From Takakia lepidozioides (lineage: Eukaryota; Plantae; Bryophyta): DNA of 64,000 nucleotides. Shown here piece by piece: positions 49,801-62,270 of the stretch. The translations under genes and the position numbers were made by a program. A model generated the notes under the pieces. It did no database searches. It saw nothing but the letters and a program-made list of their open reading frames with translations, and was not told the origin of the DNA. Where the stretch lies: the NCBI GenBank assembly GCA_030704615.1, contig CM060733.1:74152001-74216000 (forward strand), in the 5' to 3' direction. The first letter of the stretch is position 1; each line of letters starts with the position of its first letter.

Positions 49801-51477
49801 GGCCCTCCCTTCGATTTCCACGTGCCATTGTCGTCACGTGGCCTATCCCACTTCTTTTCCGGTCGGAAGGAGTCACCTTCCCGCCGGGACTTCTTGTGGT
49901 TCAGCTCCGTACGGCCTTGTCTTTCACCCTTAGGGACATCCGAGAAACATTCAGCCCTCTCAATTGCCTCGTTCAAAGTCTTAGGTGGCTTCTCCTCCAA
50001 CTTCCGCCTGGCCCATGGGGCCAGGCCCCCCACAAAGTTGAAGACCATTTCTGGTTCTGCCATGTCCGCGACTTCGAGCAACAACACATTGAAAGCTTGG
50101 ACATATCCTCGAATGTCATCTGTTTGCTTCAAATTCCTCATCTTGTCCCGGGCAAGCCAGGACGCGTTGAGGGGCACAAATTGTCTCTTCATCAATTCCT
50201 TGAACCCATTCCAGTTCAAGGTTTCCGGGCTTGGGCCTCGGTCGTGAAGGCGTTTCTGCCACCATTGTTGAGCATAGCCCCTCAAATAGGTGGGAGCCAC
50301 TTCCACTCGATCCTCGTCACTCAACTTGGCCGCCCGGAAGTACTGCTCTAGCTCCAAGAGCCAGGTGTTGAGTGCCTTCCGATTTCGGACGCCCTCGAAG
50401 GTGCCGGGTTCCTTAGGCTTCACCTTAAACTTTGCCTTAGTGGAAGTGACATTAGCCGCCTTCAACACGTCTTTCAACGTCCCGCCAAATTGCGCCAACA
50501 ACCCTTCCCAAAAGGCTGCCGGCATGGGAGGCATCTGTTGGTCGGTCGGAGCTCTCAGGGATTCCTCAGGCTCCGACTCCTCAGATTCCTCCCGCTCTTG
50601 AGCTTCCTCAAACGGCCGCCTCGGTGACACGTCGCCCCCATCGGGCTCACCAGGATCACATCTTTTGGGCCGTTCCGCTTTCACTTTGGCTTGCCCGACC
50701 CCATGATGAGGCCAATCCCAAGGACGATCGCGTACGAACTCTATGCTCTGATACCAAGTGTCGCGCACTCACTTCGGTAAGCTCCCCCCTCAAGTCATAG
50801 TTACTCGCTTGATGCGCGCGCCTAACTCCCAACCTGGCCGCCGGGCCAACTTGGAGCTCCGGCTGCTCACCGGGACATAACGGTCCCCCTTTGATCTCCC
50901 AAAGAACCCTCCATCGATTTAGAACCAGCAGAATTCCCTTGGTTGTTGGCAGTCCGGAACAGCTCCCCACTCTTTGGTCGCTTTCCGGCTCGCTCGCTTA
51001 CTCACTAGTTTTTGGTCACCAACGGGCTGCACACGTTCTCGGGGTTACTACTCCTATATATACTTCTGTAGCTGTCCGCGGGGGTTTCACAAACAACCAT
51101 GCCATTTTATGGCGAACCACCACGAACACCCTCGACTCCCGTGATGAGTCCGCGGTGAGTCTTGGCCCACCCACCACGGCCCCTATGGACCGTGATGAGT
51201 CCCAAGACTCCCTACGACTCCCACCACGAGGTCCCGCCCCAGGTGAGTCCTATGCCACCCCCACAAGTCCGGCTAAGCTACCACCACCCCTCGTGGAGCC
51301 ACCCCCGCCGCAACCCGGTGTGCGGGGCTCCACCTAGTGAGCGCCTCCGCCTCCTTGAGTGCCTTGGGCACTCAAGGGTGCTTCAGCCCCCCATACCTAT
51401 CGCTGCCACTGCCCCCACCACAGGGGCAGCCCCTCTTGTGTCCCGACCCCTTGCCCTCAAGGCAAAGGGCCGCGACA
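46832..51477 (-). mobile_element. Chromovirus copy 4, inverted 5' part (5' LTR 50759-51477 to mid-integrase)
   Basis: Breaks at ATGVSPFV; flanked by TTCCA at 51478-51482. Confidence 0.95.
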
Positions 51478-52114
51478 TTCCATGCACATGTAATTCTCAA
51501 TCATGCACTTGTCCAACTAGACTTTGCCCAGATATTATACTGGTGCAGGGCTTATCCATGACTACCCTACCTCCTACCACACCATCCCCATCACTCACTA
51601 TCCATTTCATCGAATTCACATATTGTCATGACCGCTACCCACATGACTCTATCCTAGAAAAATGGCAAAAATATGCCCTACTCATCCTCGCTATTCGCCG
51701 ACGAGGATGGCGCACCGCCCCTCTAACCGTCATCACGGCGGGTACTAGAGGTGGCATACATAATGCCAGCATCAATGACTTGCATAAGAACTTTCAAATC
51801 CCTATCTCCCCTATTCACAAATGTTTCCAAGCCATCCACCTCACAGCCCTCCGCTCTCTCACAACTATTATCACAAATAAACAAAAACTAGAATCCAATC
51901 CCACAACATTACCCTAGACACCCCTGGGGCACCCTCCGGTGTCCCCCCCCAAGGGTACCCTCCTGTTTTTTGGCACCATAGCACACATACCCCTGGTTCC
52001 TAGGTGTCCAACCGGACACCTGTGTTTATTATAGGGCCCACCCCCGACATGGGGCAGTAGCCGCAAGGTGAAGTGCCTCGTAGTTACACCGGCTTCGGCC
52101 GGAGTCTTCTCTCT
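51478..52114 (+). mobile_element. Displaced 3' end of the Dualen-like LINE: restriction-like endonuclease and tail
   Basis: PCTCNSQSCTCPTRLCPDIILVQG...IHFIEFTYCHD...KWQKY, stop at 51917; structured tail at 52031-52114. Confidence 0.87.
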
Positions 52115-52149
52115 GTTTGCCTTTCGGTCCATCCCTGTAGTTGTTGGTT

Positions 52150-54382
52150 TTGGTCTATGGAAAAGCACCTCTGGTGCCGACAAGTTGGGCCACCCAGGAC
52201 GTCGAGGAACCGGCAGTGGCGGCGGTACTGGAAGAACGCGAGCGTTTGTTGAAGCTCGCAAAGTACAACATTGCCAAAGCTAGGAATCGGAAGCGGAGGG
52301 AAGTGAAGTTTGAGGCAGGTACGGAGGTCTGGTTGAACATCAAGAATTTCCGACTACCTCCGGAAGTGAGTCCAAAGTTCGTACCTCCGTATGCAGGACC
52401 CTTTCGCATCCGAAAGTTATGAATGAGGATGTGTATGAATTGGAGCTGCCATCGAACAGCAAGGTGCATCTAGTATTCCACGTCTCCCTTTTGAAGCCTT
52501 ACTTCAAAGATGAAGCGCGTCCGAATCGGCATCAAGTGTTGCGTCCGCCACCTGTGCTATTGGATCATGAAAATGAACCTGAATACGAGGTGGAGGCAGT
52601 ACTTAAGTCGAGGAGGTTCAAGAACCGAGAAATGGAGTATCTCGTCAAATGGAAGGGCTATCATCATGTGGAGGCATCTTGGGTGCGTGCCTCAGAAATG
52701 GAAAACGCATCCGAGGCGGTTGCAGTTTTTGAAGGGTGACCTCAAAAGCGAAAGAAGCGTTGATGGGGACATCAACCTTGGAGCGTGGGGGAGGAAATGC
52801 ATGCTTAGCCCGGCTTAGCTAGCTTAGGAATCCGATTGCAAAAACTTGTATTGTACAAAAATTTGTTATAAAGGAAATGGGTTCCAAATGTTGTGCGTCC
52901 TATTTTGTTTTGAATGTGGATGCATGGTGTGGTTGGCTAGTGTGTAGAATGCATGCTAGCTTACAAAAGTGGGAGAGGTAAATTGGGTTAATCGTGTGTT
53001 TGCGCAGTGCCAAAATCGGGTGACTCCCATCCAAGGGGCAAGGAAACTTGCGCCTTCTTTAGGAGTTCACGTGCTAGTGCGCACCTGGCGCGTGCGCATA
53101 CTATAACTGCGCTACCGAGGGGTTGCTTTGTAGTGCGGGCTAACGCGGAAGCTACGTGCTTCCGTTCACGTACTATAATCGTGTAGCCTCGGGACGAAGT
53201 CGTAGTGCGGCTTCGGCGTGTTCCCGTACCTCAGGCCAGCATTCCAAGGCGGACCCAATTGTAGTGATTGGGGCGTTCAAGGTTATCTTCCTAGTCAAAA
53301 GAGGTTCGAGGTGAACCCTTGCTCAAGGTGATGCCAAAAGCGGCATCATGAGCAGTCGCAAGCAATGTTGTTGCAGTAAGGCGATTCGATCCTCGGGGAG
53401 GATCGTTCCTTGGCCTTGAAGTAGGCCAAGAAGAGTGCACTGGGAGGAGCTGGAGAGGCTCCACCCTTGACCGGGACTTGGAGGAAGTCGGCCGAACTAG
53501 CTAGTGGAGAGTAGAGTCAAGTGAGGGGTTTGGTTTCTTTGCCATGGGACGCCATGGTACGGAAACAAACTCCTTGATGTGGGACGCCACAACTTGGATG
53601 TTCGTTTCCACAAAATGGACAAGCCGATTAGGACATCGACTCCCTATTGGTAGGGGTGTGTGTAGCGGCCCTTTGCCTTGAGGGCAGGGGGTCGGGACAC
53701 AAGATGGGCTGCCCCTGTGGTGGGCAGTGGCAGCGATAGGTATGGGGGGCTGAAGCACCCTTGAGTGCCCAAGGCACTCAAGGAGGCGGAGGCGCTCACT
53801 AGGTGGAGCCCCGCACATCGGGTTGCGGTGGGGGTGGCTCCACGAGGGGTGGTGGTAGCTTAGCCGGACTTAGTGGGGGTGACATAGGGCTCACCCTGGG
53901 GCGGAGACCTCGTGGTGGGAGTCGTAGGGAGTCTTGGGACTCATCACAGTCCATAGGGGCCGTGGTGGGTGGGCCAAGACTCACCGCGACTCATCACCGG
54001 GAGTCGAGGGTGTTCGTGGTGGTTCGCCATAAAATGGCATGGTTGTTTGTGAAACCCCCGCGGACAGCTACAGAAGTATATATAGGGAGTAGTAACCCTG
54101 AGAACGGTGCAAGCCCGTTGGTGACCAAAAACTAGTGAGTAAGCGAGCGAGCCGGAAAGCGACCAAAGAGTGGGGAGCTGTTCCGGACTGCCAACTACCA
54201 AGGGAATTCCGCTGGTTCTAAATCGTTGAAGGGTTCTTTGGGAGATCAAAGGGGGACCGTTATGTCCCGGTGAGCAGCCGGAGCTCCAAGTTGGCCCGGC
54301 GGCCAGGTTGGGAGTTAGGCGCGCGCATCAAGCAAGTAACTATGACTTGAGGGGGGAGCTTACCGAAGTGAGGTGCGCGACA
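52150..54382 (+). mobile_element. Chromovirus copy 4, 3' part (integrase end, chromodomain, PPT, 3' LTR 53661-54382)
   Basis: Resumes at LVYGKAP, exactly where the inverted part stops; followed by TGGAA at 54383-54387. Confidence 0.95.
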
Positions 54383-57300
54383 TGGAACTAGCCATGGTGG
54401 GACAATGTGATTGGGTGGGCGGCCTTGGTATGTGCCTGCGTTTAGGAGTGTGAACCATCTGGTTTCGGCGCGGCTAAGAAGTAGTTTGTGGATATGCCAG
54501 ACTGCTTGGTTGTGGCGAGTGATATGGAGGCCGTATATAATGGGATGTGTGTATTGGCTGAGTAAGTGTGGCCATGTGTCACATTCTTGATGGGTGTGTG
54601 AGCAGAGTGGGAAATATGGAGATGGAAAAAGACGTGGCCAAAAAATGTGCTTGCGCTGGTGGCCCATATACTGGGCGTATCTAAATTTAAGGGTTTGGCG
54701 GATTTGTGGGATATGGCATATGTCATGCGGCCACTCAACAAGGCGTTGCCCTCCGCCTACCTGGTCCCGCCACAATTCTATGTGCTGAACTTATGGAAAT
54801 TTATGAGGCCATATCAAGGCTGGACGCTTTCCCTCTCCCCTACTATATTTTCACTGACAGTCTTACTTCACTCTTCCTTATCAGGAACCACATCGCTCGC
54901 CCTTCATCCCACCACCATCACCTCGACCAGAATCTTATCATTGCCATTGTCCAACTAGCTCTATCCAAATCCCACCCCATCCACTTCCCACCCCATCCAC
55001 TTCCGCAAAGTCCGCTCGCACACCGGGATACATGGTAACAATGCTGCCGACATACTTGCTCAAGCTGGCGCTTCCAAACCTCATGTAATTGCATCTGATG
55101 ACCCTATTCACATCGCCCATACTCACCCATTTTGGTTCATACACCCCGTCCCAGACCCACCCGCACCCAGACCTGTTCACAATCTCCTTGTCACTCTCTC
55201 CCGGGAGGCTAACAAACAAGCTGCTACATCAATTAGCCACACTAAGGTCCACATTCAGAAGTGGACACAATCCACAGTGCTACACCATAAACTATCAAAC
55301 TACTTTTGGAATACCAAATTGGAGTGTACGAGAGATCCATCCGTGTAGTGAGAGTGGGAGAGGGGAAATCTAAGGGGTATGATTTGTAGGTACTTTTGGG
55401 GGATGGTGGGTGGGGCTGTGGTAGGGGCGGTATGCGGTGGGCGTGGCAGCGCTTTTAGCCATGCCTTATTAGGTTTGATATTGACGAGAGGGGAGGGGAT
55501 ATTTTTGTAATTGGGGGTGGATGGGTTAGTCCTGTGTGGGGGGGCAATGTTAGCTTTTATTTTGTGGGTTTGTGTGAGCAGTTTATGGAGAAACGCAATG
55601 CGCATGAAGGAATTCGGGCTCATTTCGGATGTCTCTCTGGAGTATCTCTTCCGCCTCCGCTCTCTTTTCATTGGGGTTGCTTAATCTTGCATTTAGTTTT
55701 TTGTGGTTTCTCTGCTTTCATTCTACAACTTTGCTTGCTATCTCGTAAGTGTCTCCAGGCAAGTAAGAAGCACGAGAAACAATGCTATGGATTCCCAACC
55801 CTAAAAGTTTGAAAATAGTTGAGACTTTCACTGTCAGAGTGGAAACCTGTGATGCAGGGGGAGTATTTATCGGAGGGGTGCGCTGAACGAGTAGAATAAG
55901 GGTTAAAGATGGTTCCTTCTGCTGGAGGTATTTGGGGAGAGGGGGGGGTGTGTGCATATTTGAGTTGGTTTGGTTCAATAGTGGCTAGCAGATGAGCACC
56001 AATAGGGAGGCGTAGGAGGGGGTGGGAGTCGTCGGGCCATTTTTGTTGGGTGAGTATAAGTATTGTGAGGGCACGTGGAGATGCCTGGGCGGCTAAACGC
56101 GCCCATTGGAGAGCTTCATGAGTCGGGGATCCGGGGGGGGTGAGCAAGGCCTCTATCAGACCAAGTATGTTGTGTAGCGGTGCCTGTGGGCCCGAAGATG
56201 CAGTCTCTGTGGTGTGGGCTGGCAAATGTGGTTAGTTCCATAAGGCATATAAGAGGGCTGGAGTAGTATGAGTGGGTGAGTTGGAATGAGTTAATAAGCA
56301 GTGTGAGAATGTCTTGAGGAAGGGTGTTGTGAGCGCATGCTTGTGCCAATCGATTGGGGAGCGGGGTTCTTTCGAGGGGGGTGTAGTGAGGGGAGAGAGT
56401 AGAGCCCATTGTATTTGTGGGAAAGAAATTTGAGGAGTCCTTGGTAAATGATACCTAAGCAACCAGGATCATTGAAGGCTTCTTTTATTTGTGTACCAAG
56501 TGTGCGGGCGTAGGAGATGATTAAGGGGCTTGAGTCGATGCCATAGCAGTCGGTGGGGAGCTAGGGCATTAGGGGTGCTAGTTGGCAGGCCACATCCACG
56601 CTTTGTGAGCTGAACAATATTTTTGTCAAGTTTTTGATGTCTGGTAAGGAAAAAGGTGAGGCATGGAATAAGTATTGGACTTGGGTTTTAAGAACGGATT
56701 GTATAATGGAGAGTTTAGGTCTGATGGCAATTGGAGATTTGAGGAGGGCCAAGCTTGTGTTGATTAGTTTGGATGTGGTAGAGGTTTTTTGGACATGCCA
56801 TGTGAGGGAGGGGACCGGCTGGATGCCTAGGTATGTGTATAGTTCGTCTGGCCCTAGGAAGGGGAATGGTTTGTTTTGATAGTGGACATAGAGTTTACAA
56901 TGGGAAGCAATGGCAGATTTGGTGAGCCGGCTGTGGTGTGTGGCAGCGGTGATGGCGCATTTGTGGAGGCTGAGTTCCATGCCTGACCATAGGTTGAAGC
57001 GATGTAATTTGGTGACTTATCGGTTTAGGTGTTGCGGTTTATGTGCAAGGATGGCAAAAATCATTGGCATATGCTGCTGCTGAGATATCACTGGAGGAGG
57101 TTTTGTAATGGTATCCCAACTTTCCACGAGCAAGCCATCTGAGGAGGGGTTCTAAAAAAATTATGAATAGGTATGGACTGAGGTTGTCATCTTGGATGGT
57201 GCCCCGTAGGATTGGGATAGGGGGAGTGGAGCCGTAGTAGGCCCCTGTATACTCCGTGGTACTATTCCTATAAATGTTGCCGATGAGCTGGATTGCGTCT

Positions 57301-60300
57301 ATGGGGTATCCAAGTCTGTCATGATGGCGAGTAGACGGCCATGGTCAAGGGAGCCAAAGGCATTTTTAAAGTCTATGTAGAGAAGGTAGATGTCTTGTTT
57401 TGTGAGTTTAGCATCTTCTAGTGCAGAGATGACATAATATGCAAGCATTGGAATCTAGGTTTGGGTGTAAACAGTTTGAAACAGTGGGTGTGTAGGATGA
57501 AGACGCTTGGGCCCGTATTTCTTTGTTGATGGCCGTGGGGTCGGTTATTAAGTGGCCTAGTCGATGTCTAAGGCAGTCTATAGGTGGGTTAAGTGAGGGG
57601 TTAAAGATGGCTTTATGTGCTTTTTTGGGGTGATCATGTAGTAGTTGGTTAAAGGAGGAAACAATTTTTTTATGATTGTCTGCGGATTTTTGTTTGGTGT
57701 GTTGTATGCGGCTTTCTTTGCGTCCGTGCCCAGCTTGGATAAGGCTGCGCTCCATTTGGGTATGGCTGAGGGGTCCGTAGGTGGGGGCATAAGAACATGA
57801 CATGAGGGTGCCAAGGTGTTTAAGCAGGTAATACGAGGGTCGGATCTCCAGTTGTTGTTTGGGTGGGTTGTAAGTGATTGGGGTATGATGGTGAGAGCAC
57901 GTCGGATCGTGTGGTAGGTGTTGAGGTGAGAGGTCCAGGCTCATTTTTGTGTGCATGTTAGGTAACCGCCGTTCTGTGTTGAGCGGGTGGTTTGTGGGAC
58001 TTGTGGAGGAGCGCAACACGTGGCAAAGACTCTTTTGGTCATTTCTTTCATAATGGTTGTGAGCCTAAGTTCGGCTTGTAGCCAAGTGTCTTCCGGGTAT
58101 AATGTTAGATTCTTGTGGGAAAGAATATTAGAGAGTTGTACTATGAGCGGTGTGGCTGTTGGGTGAAAGAGGCATTGAAAGGCGTCTATGTTACGCTGAG
58201 GCAACAGGACAGTATCCGGGATTGTAGGGGTGGGGTGTGTATAGATGGGATGGGTCGGAATGGGATGAGGGACGAGGGGAAGGTTACAGAGACAGGGTAG
58301 TGGTCAGAGTTACAAATACTATTGATGTGAATATGGCTGTTTAGGTGTTGTGGCATTGTATTCTGTGTTTTAAGGTAGAAACCATCCAGGAGGCTTAAGG
58401 AGGAGTAGTTAAGTCCACATTGCCTGGAGTAGTGGTAGTCGACGGGTATATATTGGAATTGATGTTGTTGGATGAACTTTGGCCATGCGTGGTCCAGGGG
58501 TGATGGGGGTTTGTGTGTGCCATTGTAGGTGTGGCCAAGTAAAGCTATGTCCCTGTTAAAGTCGCCAGCTAATATGAAATTGTGGTGTTGCGATGTTGGT
58601 TGGGTGACGGTATCTGAAATTGTATGTAGGATGTCCGGGATCAACGGAAGATCATCAATATGTGACGGCATGTATAGATGAATAAGAGTAATGGGGGGGG
58701 GGGAGCAGGCAAATGTAATTAAATTATTTGGAGGTGTGACCGTAAGGGGATAGGTATAAATATTTTGGCGGTGGTGCTGGAGGAGTGATGTGTGCAGAGG
58801 ATGCCTAGCGCGACACCTCCTCGGGAAAGGTGGTAAGGGGCGGATCGTCGGGAGAGGCATTGTGTGGCAGTTAGGGGGTTACCGTATAACATATGATATG
58901 CCGGAAGACTCTTGTTTAAGTAAGAGCTATTGAGGGTGTTGGTGTTAAGCTTGGTTTCTTGTAGGAGGATAATATGCGGGGAGACGGAGTCGGTAAGAAG
59001 GTGCATGAGACTTTGAATCCCACATTCCAAGTAATGATGCAGAGTGAGTGCGCATGTTGGGTAGGGGTCGCATGGGGGTGGTGAGGTGTTCCATTGGGTG
59101 AGGGGATGCCGGTAGAATTAGGGGTTTGAGGCGGAGGTGAGGGAGGAGGGGTGTGGTCTGGACGAGGGTTGATAGCCGGGAATTGGGGAGTGGGCTTGGA
59201 GGGTGGCCTTGAGAATGTTGTCTGACAGGAATGGGAATTTCTTCGAGGTAACGTGGAGGTCATGGGTGGGGTTGGAGAGGCGTTCACACCTAATTTTGTG
59301 GGCATCCCCGGGATTTGATTGGAGAAGTTGAAGCGATGCATGCAGTTCTGCCAAGTAGTGAGGAGGTGCTATATAGTTTTTGGGGTGGGCTGGTAGTTGT
59401 TGTAGCTTGTCTAAAAGTGCTCGGACTTGTGAGTCTATTGCGAGTCATGAAGTAGTCATTACATAATGTTGGTAGTGGGGAGATGGTAATGATTAGGGAG
59501 AATAGAACATGTGTTGTGGCGGGTATTGGGTGAGTTTGCAAGCAGCTTGGGCAAGTGCAGGGTGGTCACAGGTAGGAAGGCCAAAAGTGGCTATTGGGTA
59601 TGTGGTTGCGGGTTGGGTGATGGATGAGTTGGTGAGAAGGGGCATGAAGTGGTCAAATAAATGTTGATATGTTGGCATGAGTGACACAGTGTTGGTTTGA
59701 AAGTAAAGCATATATCTATCTTGGGGGTCTATAGGGAGGTCATTGATCATATTATTGATACTATCTGGTCCCGGGTTGGGATGAATGTTACCGCATCTCA
59801 TAAGTACGAGTAGTGTACAGGTTAATTTAATTTATTATGATGTGATGGGGGGGTGGTGGAGGGAGTGTTTGGATGTTAGGGGCTGTAGTTGGCACCGACC
59901 GTGGGGGCAGTGTGTTAGGAGAGAGATTTTGGGAGGTGGATTTATGTAGGTAAGTGTGATAGAGGGATATACAAAGAGTGCATCTAGGTTGGGTATGTCT
60001 GTATAGGCACTGACGTGGGTGAGAGTGGAGCTAGTGGCGGTGAAGTGTGGGGGTAGGTGAAGGGGTAGTATGTTTGTATATGGGGACCTACAGTGTGTCC
60101 TGCATGTATGGATGGTAAACCAAGGATGGCTGTGGGTGTGGTGTATTAGTATATTAGGGACGAGAAGGGGAGATAGATGGCTAGGATGGATGTAGTGGTG
60201 TGGGGGGGTGAGCGTGTAAGTCGTGGGACGTATGTCGTAAGTAGTTCAGCAGGATGGATGAAATCCCCTGAGTGGGATTTTAACGTGGATGGATGCGGGT

Positions 60301-60880
60301 CTTGGCGTATAGATGAAGTATCGGTTATGGATGACGGGGGGGGGGGGGGGGGGATGGGGGAGGGGGGGGCGGGGGTCATGGCCGGATTGAAATGCACCAC
60401 GTGTAGGGGACGGGGTGGTGGGGCAATCGGGGTACGAGCGGGCGGGGTGTCGCGAGTGGCGAGTGTTTGAAGGGGAGTTAGGTAGAAGAGGCTTGTGTAT
60501 GCCTTGCCAGGAGCTCCGCAATCGTGTGGAGAGACGATCATGGTGCCAAGAGTGAGCATGGCGAGTGTTTGTAATGAGTCGTGCGTCGCCATGGTGAGGT
60601 AATGTAGGAGGGGGCTGAGAGGTGTCCTAGGATTGAAATGGTAACAACAGTGAAGTCTTTGCATTGCTTAGAATGTAAGAAGAGTACAAAATTGGTGTGG
60701 GATAGAACCCACTGAAGAACAAAGGGGTCACATAGCGAGCAAGACAGTACAAGCCGTGGAGTAGAGGGTTGCAGGAACCCAGGGAGCTGCTTCATTTTAC
60801 TGCAGGTTTATGCAGTAGTCACCGGGAGGGTGCTTGGTGCGTGACTAGCTTGTTGCGGGTGTTGTGGTGGTGCAGTAAGC
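54383..60880 (-). mobile_element. Dualen/RandI-like LINE body (2A-like, APE, RT, RNase H, zinc finger), decayed; 5' limit approximate
   Basis: APE motifs ITWNV, LLQETK, LAGDFN, SDHYPV (58280-59050). RT motifs YIDFKNAFGS, GTIQDDNLSPYLF, AYAND (57060-57410). RNase H motifs YTDGS, CAEL, FTDS, GNNAAD. Also DTWPHLL and ITRHNQAV. Confidence 0.88.
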
Positions 60881-60949
60881 AGCATGGCCGGAGCCTTCAT
60901 CCCAGCTTTTCGCCCACCCACCTCATCCCTCCCATATCAAAAATCATGT

Positions 60950-62270
60950 TGTTTGCTCGGGGCTGAGCACCAAAGGGTACCACACATGCCTGCATTGTGG
61001 CGATGAACTTGATGCACATAGCTCCCGCCATCTTTGCAAGATGGTGTATCCCAATTACCACAAATTTCTTCCTATGAGCCATTCATGGAGGAAAAAAGAC
61101 ATATAATTGTTTGATGGCAAAGAGGAGGTACATTCCCCCCCTGTGACACCATCCGGGCAGTTTTGGGAAGACCGATGGAAGGAGGCCCATGCGGACACGG
61201 TCGGTGAAGTGGAGGTGCCCGGCATAAAGCGACTTTCAATCTTCTACGAGTTGCCATATTGGGCGGTTACATATATCCACAAAAACACCATCAATATCAT
61301 TATGCATGCATGTGATATTACACATTTTGTATGAGTTACATTGTCACTTTCACGCCCGCGATATTTGTGTAAGTATTTGTGGGTGGGGATATATTTAGGA
61401 CTTGATGATTCGCCATCTTCTAGATCCCATGCATATTGAGAAGAATGTTTGCTTGTCCTTTTTTCGGGTTCTTCATGGCACGCCGGCAAAGAAGGGAGTG
61501 GCTGCAAAAGGAGATTCTCTCAATGTTAGAAAGGAGCTTGAGGAGCAGGGTCGCATGCCCCATCTATGGGCCTTAGAAAATGGTGTGGACCCAAAGGGTG
61601 TTGTACGGTGGAAGTATGGGCGCGCACCTTGGCAATGGACAAAGGAGGAATACAAGAAAGTGATAGCCACCATAAGTGTTGTCCAAACACCAACTGGTTA
61701 TGGGTCATCCCTCTGTATGAAATTCAACGAAGACGGGGCCATGGTTTGAAGTCTCATGACTACCACAATATTTTGCAAGACATCTTTCCCATTGCAATAC
61801 GTGGGACATTGACTCCCGAGGTTTGCGAGACAATCTATAGATTAGGAGGCTTGTTCCGGTGGATTTGCTCCAAAGAGTTGGATGAAGCGGATTTTCCACG
61901 CATGAAAAAAGAGACGGCGGAGGTAATGTGTACATGTTGGAGATGCACCTTCCTCCCTCCTTCTTTGACATCCAAATGCACTTGGTAGTGCACTTAGTGG
62001 AAGAGGCTTTCATTGCCGGCCGAGTTCATTCTCGGTAGATGTACTTCCTTGAGCATTATATGAAGACTTTGAAAGCATTTGTAAGACAAATTGCGCACCC
62101 GGATGGTAGCATGGCGGAGGGAAAACGAGGTGGAAGATGATTCAGACGTGCCTTTTGCTGACCAAACCATTTATGACGATGACTCCGATGACCAAGAAGA
62201 CTTGCAGCTTGATGAGGACGAAGAAGCTCCGGATGCTGATGTTCAAGTTGATTAGACACGTAATCAAAGC
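60950..62270 (+). mobile_element. CACTA/En-Spm transposase (TnpD-like) pseudogene
   Basis: GLSTKGYHTCLHC; SIFYELPYW; intron; RHLLDPMHIEKNV; LKSHDYH; PPSFFDIQMHLVVHL; HPDGSMAEG. Confidence 0.92.

Noticed and set aside
52031-52114. tRNA, U snRNA or hammerhead ribozyme identity for the LINE tail
   Set aside because: No cloverleaf or A/B boxes, no Sm site and no CTGATGA...GAAA core.
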